This document shows positions 60,234-64,000 of a stretch of DNA of 64,000 nucleotides, piece by piece. How positions within the stretch are numbered: the stretch's first letter is position 1; every line of letters begins with the position of its first letter. This DNA is from an uncultured delta proteobacterium. Lineage in GTDB: Bacteria > Desulfobacterota > Binatia > UBA9968. The notes below the pieces were generated by a model that had not been told where the DNA came from, did no database searches, and saw only the letters and a program-made list of their open reading frames with translations. The stretch is from positions 113,677 through 177,676 of the forward strand of contig CAWJBB010000046.1 of assembly GCA_963840855.1 (NCBI GenBank), in the 5' to 3' direction. Position numbers and translations under genes: made by a program.

Positions 60234-61231
60234 AGTCCCACCGCCTCGCGCACTTCGGTCATCGTTTCGGAAGCCTTTTGCCGCGCTACCTTATCTCCCG
60301 CCGCCAATACCTCGACGACTTCACGTGGCTTTTTCTCCAACGCGGCGCGCTTCTCATAAATCGGCGCCAGCTCGGCTACGACATGCTTGATCATAACCTT
60401 TTTGCAATCCAGGCATCCTATTCCAGCCGTGCGGCAGCCTATGGAAACCTCTTCGATCTCTTCGGCTGTGGAATAAACTTTATGCAGCTGAAATGCCGGA
60501 CATTTTTCCGGCTCGCCGGGATCGGTCCGCTTCACGCGCGCCGGGTCGGTCATCATGCGGCTTAGCTTCTGGTCGATCTCTTTGGGCGTGTCAGAAAGAA
60601 AAACCGCGTTGCCGTAGCTTTTGCTCATCTTGCGACCGTCGACGCCGGGGATTTTAGGAATTTCCGTCAGTAGCGGTTGGGGCTCGGGAAAAATCTCTCC
60701 GTAGAGGGAGTTGAAACGCCGGGCGATCTCGCGCGTGATCTCTATATGCGGCACCTGGTCCACCCCAACCGGCACCCGTTGCGCTCTATAGATAAGGATG
60801 TCGGCGGCCTGCAGCACCGGATATCCGAGCAAACCGTAATTGATTTTCGTCACCTCACTGTCATCCTCGGACTGAATGAAGCCCAACTCTCGCGCCTGTT
60901 CCTTGACCGTGGGGTTTCGCAGTAGCCACGGCGTTGGCGTGATCATGGAAAAGAGCAGGTGTAGCTCCGCGTGCTCCTTGACGTCGGACTGGCGGAAAAT
61001 TACCGCGCACGCCGGATCCAGCCCCGCACTGAGCCAGTCGATGACCATTTCGTCGGTGCTCTCGCGAATGATACCGCCGGTGACGTTCCCGGTAGTAAGC
61101 GCATGCCAGTCGGCAACGAAAAAATAGCAACGGTAACCTTGCTGTAACCGCACCCAGTTTTTTAGCGCTCCGTGAAGGTGGCCCAAATGAAGGCGGCCCG
61201 TGGGTCTCATGCCGCTAACGACGGTTTCCAT
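60230..61231 (-). CDS. trpS: Tryptophan--tRNA ligase
   Basis: SGMRPTG, HLGH, YPVLQAADIL, KMSKS. Confidence 0.95.
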   Translation of the reverse strand: METVVSGMRPTGRLHLGHLHGALKNWVRLQQGYRCYFFVADWHALTTGNVTGGIIRESTDEMVIDWLSAGLDPACAVIFRQSDVKEHAELHLLFSMITPTPWLLRNPTVKEQARELGFIQSEDDSEVTKINYGLLGYPVLQAADILIYRAQRVPVGVDQVPHIEITREIARRFNSLYGEIFPEPQPLLTEIPKIPGVDGRKMSKSYGNAVFLSDTPKEIDQKLSRMMTDPARVKRTDPGEPEKCPAFQLHKVYSTAEEIEEVSIGCRTAGIGCLDCKKVMIKHVVAELAPIYEKRAALEKKPREVVEVLAAGDKVARQKASETMTEVREAVGL

Positions 61232-61237
61232 GTTTTT

Positions 61238-61891
61238 CTACCCTATCACGAGTCCCTGAACTAATCGCAGAACAAAATAGACGAAAGGCTCCAAAAAAAA
61301 ATCCAAAGTGTGGGTCACCAGGAGCCCCAATAGAATGATGAAGCCGAAGGGTTCAATGCGCGCCACGATGGATGACAAGGGCTGAGGCGCCATGCCCACA
61401 AGAACCCTGCCGCCGTCCAAGGGCGGCAACGGCAACAGGTTGAAAGCAGCAAGCATGACGTTCATTTTAACGCTGCCCTCCGCCATCATCGCCAACGGAG
61501 ATTGGAGAATATCCGGCAGCAAGTTTCCCAACCCGTAAACAGCTTTGAACAAATAAACACTCGCCACGGCAAGGACGATATTTGTGACCGGGCCGGCAGC
61601 GGCAACCCAGATCATGTCGCGCTTGGGATTGCGCAAATTATGAAAATTTACCGGCACCGGCTTGGCGTAACCGAATATAAACGGCGCACCCACGGCCACC
61701 AGAAACAGAGGGATGAGAATCGTACCATAAATGTCAACATGAGATATCGGGTTAAGGGTGAGGCGCCCCATGCGCGCGGCCGTCGGATCGCCCAGGCGAT
61801 TAGCCACCCAGCCGTGGGCAACTTCATGGAGCACGACGGCGAAAAGCACCGGCAAAGCCCAGACGGCGATCTGTCGAATGGTTTCTTCCAA
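61238..61891 (-). CDS. Site-2 protease (M50) family
   Basis: HEVAH, AGP, FNLLPLPPLDG. Confidence 0.9.
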   Translation of the reverse strand: MEETIRQIAVWALPVLFAVVLHEVAHGWVANRLGDPTAARMGRLTLNPISHVDIYGTILIPLFLVAVGAPFIFGYAKPVPVNFHNLRNPKRDMIWVAAAGPVTNIVLAVASVYLFKAVYGLGNLLPDILQSPLAMMAEGSVKMNVMLAAFNLLPLPPLDGGRVLVGMAPQPLSSIVARIEPFGFIILLGLLVTHTLDFFLEPFVYFVLRLVQGLVIG

Positions 61892-61990
61892 TACTTACTC
61901 GGCAGGGAAACTACCAATATGAATACGGGAAGCCCTGACAAAAGACAAGCTGCGCGGTTTCTAAAGACCTGTAACAGTTACATAGCGTTT

Positions 61991-62062
61991 GCCGTTCATG
62001 GTTCGAGAGCCTCACCACGAACGGTTTGTGCCTTGACCGTTCACCCTGAGCTTGTCGAAGGG
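61991..62062. repeat. REP-like palindromic pair
   Basis: CCGTTCATGGTTCGAGAGCCTCACCACGAACGG and CCGTTCACCCTGAGCTTGTCGAAGGG. Confidence 0.7.
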
Positions 62063-62169
62063 TTCTTCGAACTTAGACGCGAACCAACTGTTACAGTTCA
62101 CTAGTTTCTGGCTTGAAGTTTCTGGTTGCAAATCCGGAAGTCTTTGTTTCCGTAACTAGAAACTTGAAA

Positions 62170-63105
62170 CTAGGAACTAGCAACTCTTCCTTTCTTACGC
62201 CCGTTGTCTTCGCGCGGGTGAAAGCGCCGGTGCGCTTCCTTGAGCCGAGCGCCGTTTACATGGGTGTAGATTTGCGTCGTCGAAATATCAGCGTGGCCGA
62301 GCATCGCTTGCAGGGCGCGGAGATCGGCGCCGCGTTCGAGCAGATGGGTGGCGAAGGAATGGCGCAGCGTGTGGGGTGTCACGCGCTTTTCGATGCCGGC
62401 GGCCAGGGCGTAGTTGCGAATCAATTTCCAGAATCTCTGGCGCGTGAGCGGCTTGCCGGAACGAGTGATAAACAAAAATGAGCTGGCGCGCCCCCTTGAC
62501 AACAAAGGACGAACGTCGCGCAAATAACCGAGCAACTTTTTCCGCGCCCATTGGCCGAAGGGCACGGCCCGCACCTTGGAACCTTTGCCTTTGACCGTCA
62601 GATAGTCGCCCTGAAAATCGATCTGCTGGGATTGCAACGAAACCAGTTCGGAAACCCTGAGGCCGGTCGCGTATAACAATTCTAGCATCGCCTGGTCACG
62701 CCGGCCCAGCGCTTCGCGCTGATCCGGTTGGTTCAAAAGACTTTGCAAATCTTCGACGGACAAAGTTTGCGGCAATTTTCGCGCGCCGGCGGGGAGATAC
62801 AAGCGCGGAATGGGATTCTCGCGCACCAGCTCTTCGGTTTCCAAAAAGCGATAGAAACGGCGTAGGGTCACGACGTGGCGGGCGATGCTTTTTGGGTTCA
62901 ACCTCTTTGCCGTCAACCAGGACACATAGGCGCGCACATGAATCTGTTTCACGTCGTTCCAGGTGGCCACCCGCTGCCCGATGAGAAACGTCGATAACCG
63001 CGACAGATCGCGGCTGTAGGCCTCCACGGTGTTTCGGGCCAGTCCCTTTTCCACCGCGATCATCGAAAGAAAAGCGTCAATGTGCGGGCTGAGTGTGTCC
63101 TTCAT
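62170..63105 (-). CDS. xerD: Site-specific tyrosine recombinase XerD
   Basis: EKGLARNT..Y, YATGLRVSEL, GKG.K, PHTLRHSFATHLL, LGHADISTTQIYTHV. Confidence 0.9.
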   Translation of the reverse strand: MKDTLSPHIDAFLSMIAVEKGLARNTVEAYSRDLSRLSTFLIGQRVATWNDVKQIHVRAYVSWLTAKRLNPKSIARHVVTLRRFYRFLETEELVRENPIPRLYLPAGARKLPQTLSVEDLQSLLNQPDQREALGRRDQAMLELLYATGLRVSELVSLQSQQIDFQGDYLTVKGKGSKVRAVPFGQWARKKLLGYLRDVRPLLSRGRASSFLFITRSGKPLTRQRFWKLIRNYALAAGIEKRVTPHTLRHSFATHLLERGADLRALQAMLGHADISTTQIYTHVNGARLKEAHRRFHPREDNGRKKGRVASS

Positions 63106-63106
63106 G

Positions 63107-64000
63107 CTACGGCGCCAGGCGCTGATAGAGCGAACCTTTAATTTGTTCAAGCCGGTCCGGGTCCATGACTTTTGCGCCGCCTTGATCGGCGACGTAAAAA
63201 ATATCCGCCACCTGATCGACATTGGTTGAAATCTTCGCGACATGGATCGACAGGCCGAGCTGATGCAGCTCGTGGGCGATGTCAAATAGCACGCCGATTC
63301 GGTCATCGGTAAAGACTTCGACGATATTGAACTGTTCTGAGGCTTCGTTGTCGATCTGGATCACCGTCGAGACCTTCGGCGCGCGCTTATGAAGCAACGC
63401 CCCTTTCTGCGACGCGGCCACCAGGCGGGCAACATCCATGTCCCCGGCCAGGACGCTATTGAGATTGGCGCGGAATCTCGCCCATTTGGTCTCGGCCATC
63501 ACCACCTCGGCATGGCCGTTGTGGGACACCCGAAACACGTCGAGAATGCGCCCATCGCTGGAAGTGAAGATGCGCGAGTTGAGAATATTGAGGTTGAGCG
63601 CGGTCAACACGCCGGTTATGGCCGCGAACAGTCCCGGCCGGTCCTGGGTGGCGACTACCAGCGAGCTGCAATGGCGCTCCAGGAAATGCTCGACGAGGCT
63701 CACCGCGCCCTTGCCGTTGTATTGCTCCATCAAGGTGAAGTGAGCCGGCATGTCGGCTTCCGAGACCGAAAGAAAGTAGCGCTCCGGCATCGTGTCGAGA
63801 AAATGATTGACCCGCTCTAGCGGCTGGTTTTTCGAAAGATCGCGGCGCACCCGCACCTGCACCCGTCTGACCGCCGCCTTGAGATCCGGCCGATGAAACT
63901 CACCCTTTTCGAACTCTTCAAGGATGCTCAACGATTTGACATAGAGCTCGCCGAGGAGCGAGGCTTTCCAAGCATTCCAGACCTCTGGCCCCACGCCCTT
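63107..64000 (-). CDS. glnD: [protein-PII] uridylyltransferase, C-terminal part
   Basis: GPEVWNAWK, two ACT domains (DRPGLF, DRIGVL). Confidence 0.9.
   Translation of the reverse strand, partial: KGVGPEVWNAWKASLLGELYVKSLSILEEFEKGEFHRPDLKAAVRRVQVRVRRDLSKNQPLERVNHFLDTMPERYFLSVSEADMPAHFTLMEQYNGKGAVSLVEHFLERHCSSLVVATQDRPGLFAAITGVLTALNLNILNSRIFTSSDGRILDVFRVSHNGHAEVVMAETKWARFRANLNSVLAGDMDVARLVAASQKGALLHKRAPKVSTVIQIDNEASEQFNIVEVFTDDRIGVLFDIAHELHQLGLSIHVAKISTNVDQVADIFYVADQGGAKVMDPDRLEQIKGSLYQRLAP

Noticed and set aside
62170-63105. Third mobile-element integrase or integron integrase
   Set aside because: Canonical XerD motifs in housekeeping context (glnD, trpS, scpAB); lacks the IntI-specific insertion

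Overview
Bacterial chromosome segment. Gene content (many amidohydrolases, luciferase-like monooxygenases, a Rieske oxygenase, an NMT1-like binding protein, ornithine-cyclodeaminase paralogs, PEP-CTERM) suggests a Deltaproteobacteria-like host such as Ca. Binatia; this is inference only. 1-16.5 kb holds two related, tandem, capsid-less integrative elements resembling phage satellites/PICIs, one on each side of a tRNA-Arg(CCT) gene. Each encodes an initiator, an N-terminally short DnaB-like helicase, a stand-alone DUF3854-like primase, a TerS-like protein and xis - HTH - tyrosine integrase. Element 2 (5043-16483) is complete, with att repeats, arm-type repeats, iterons and a C4/CI-like antisense RNA structure. 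The rest is host DNA: a diiron/cyclase/DapA-like operon, a sulfide:quinone oxidoreductase-like gene that appears to read through an in-frame UGA (probable selenocysteine, with a SECIS-like hairpin), miaB, VWA/MoxR, glpX-apgM-hom-aminotransferase, a sigma54-driven PEP-CTERM gene, catabolic genes, a small attC cassette array of toxin-antitoxin genes with no integrase in the window, an unusual TIR-less mobile element with Rep_trans-like motifs, four OCD/mu-crystallin paralogs, moeB-rhodanese and rluB-scpB-scpA-trpS-S2P-xerD-glnD. Several +1 frameshifts in ordinary genes look like sequencing errors.
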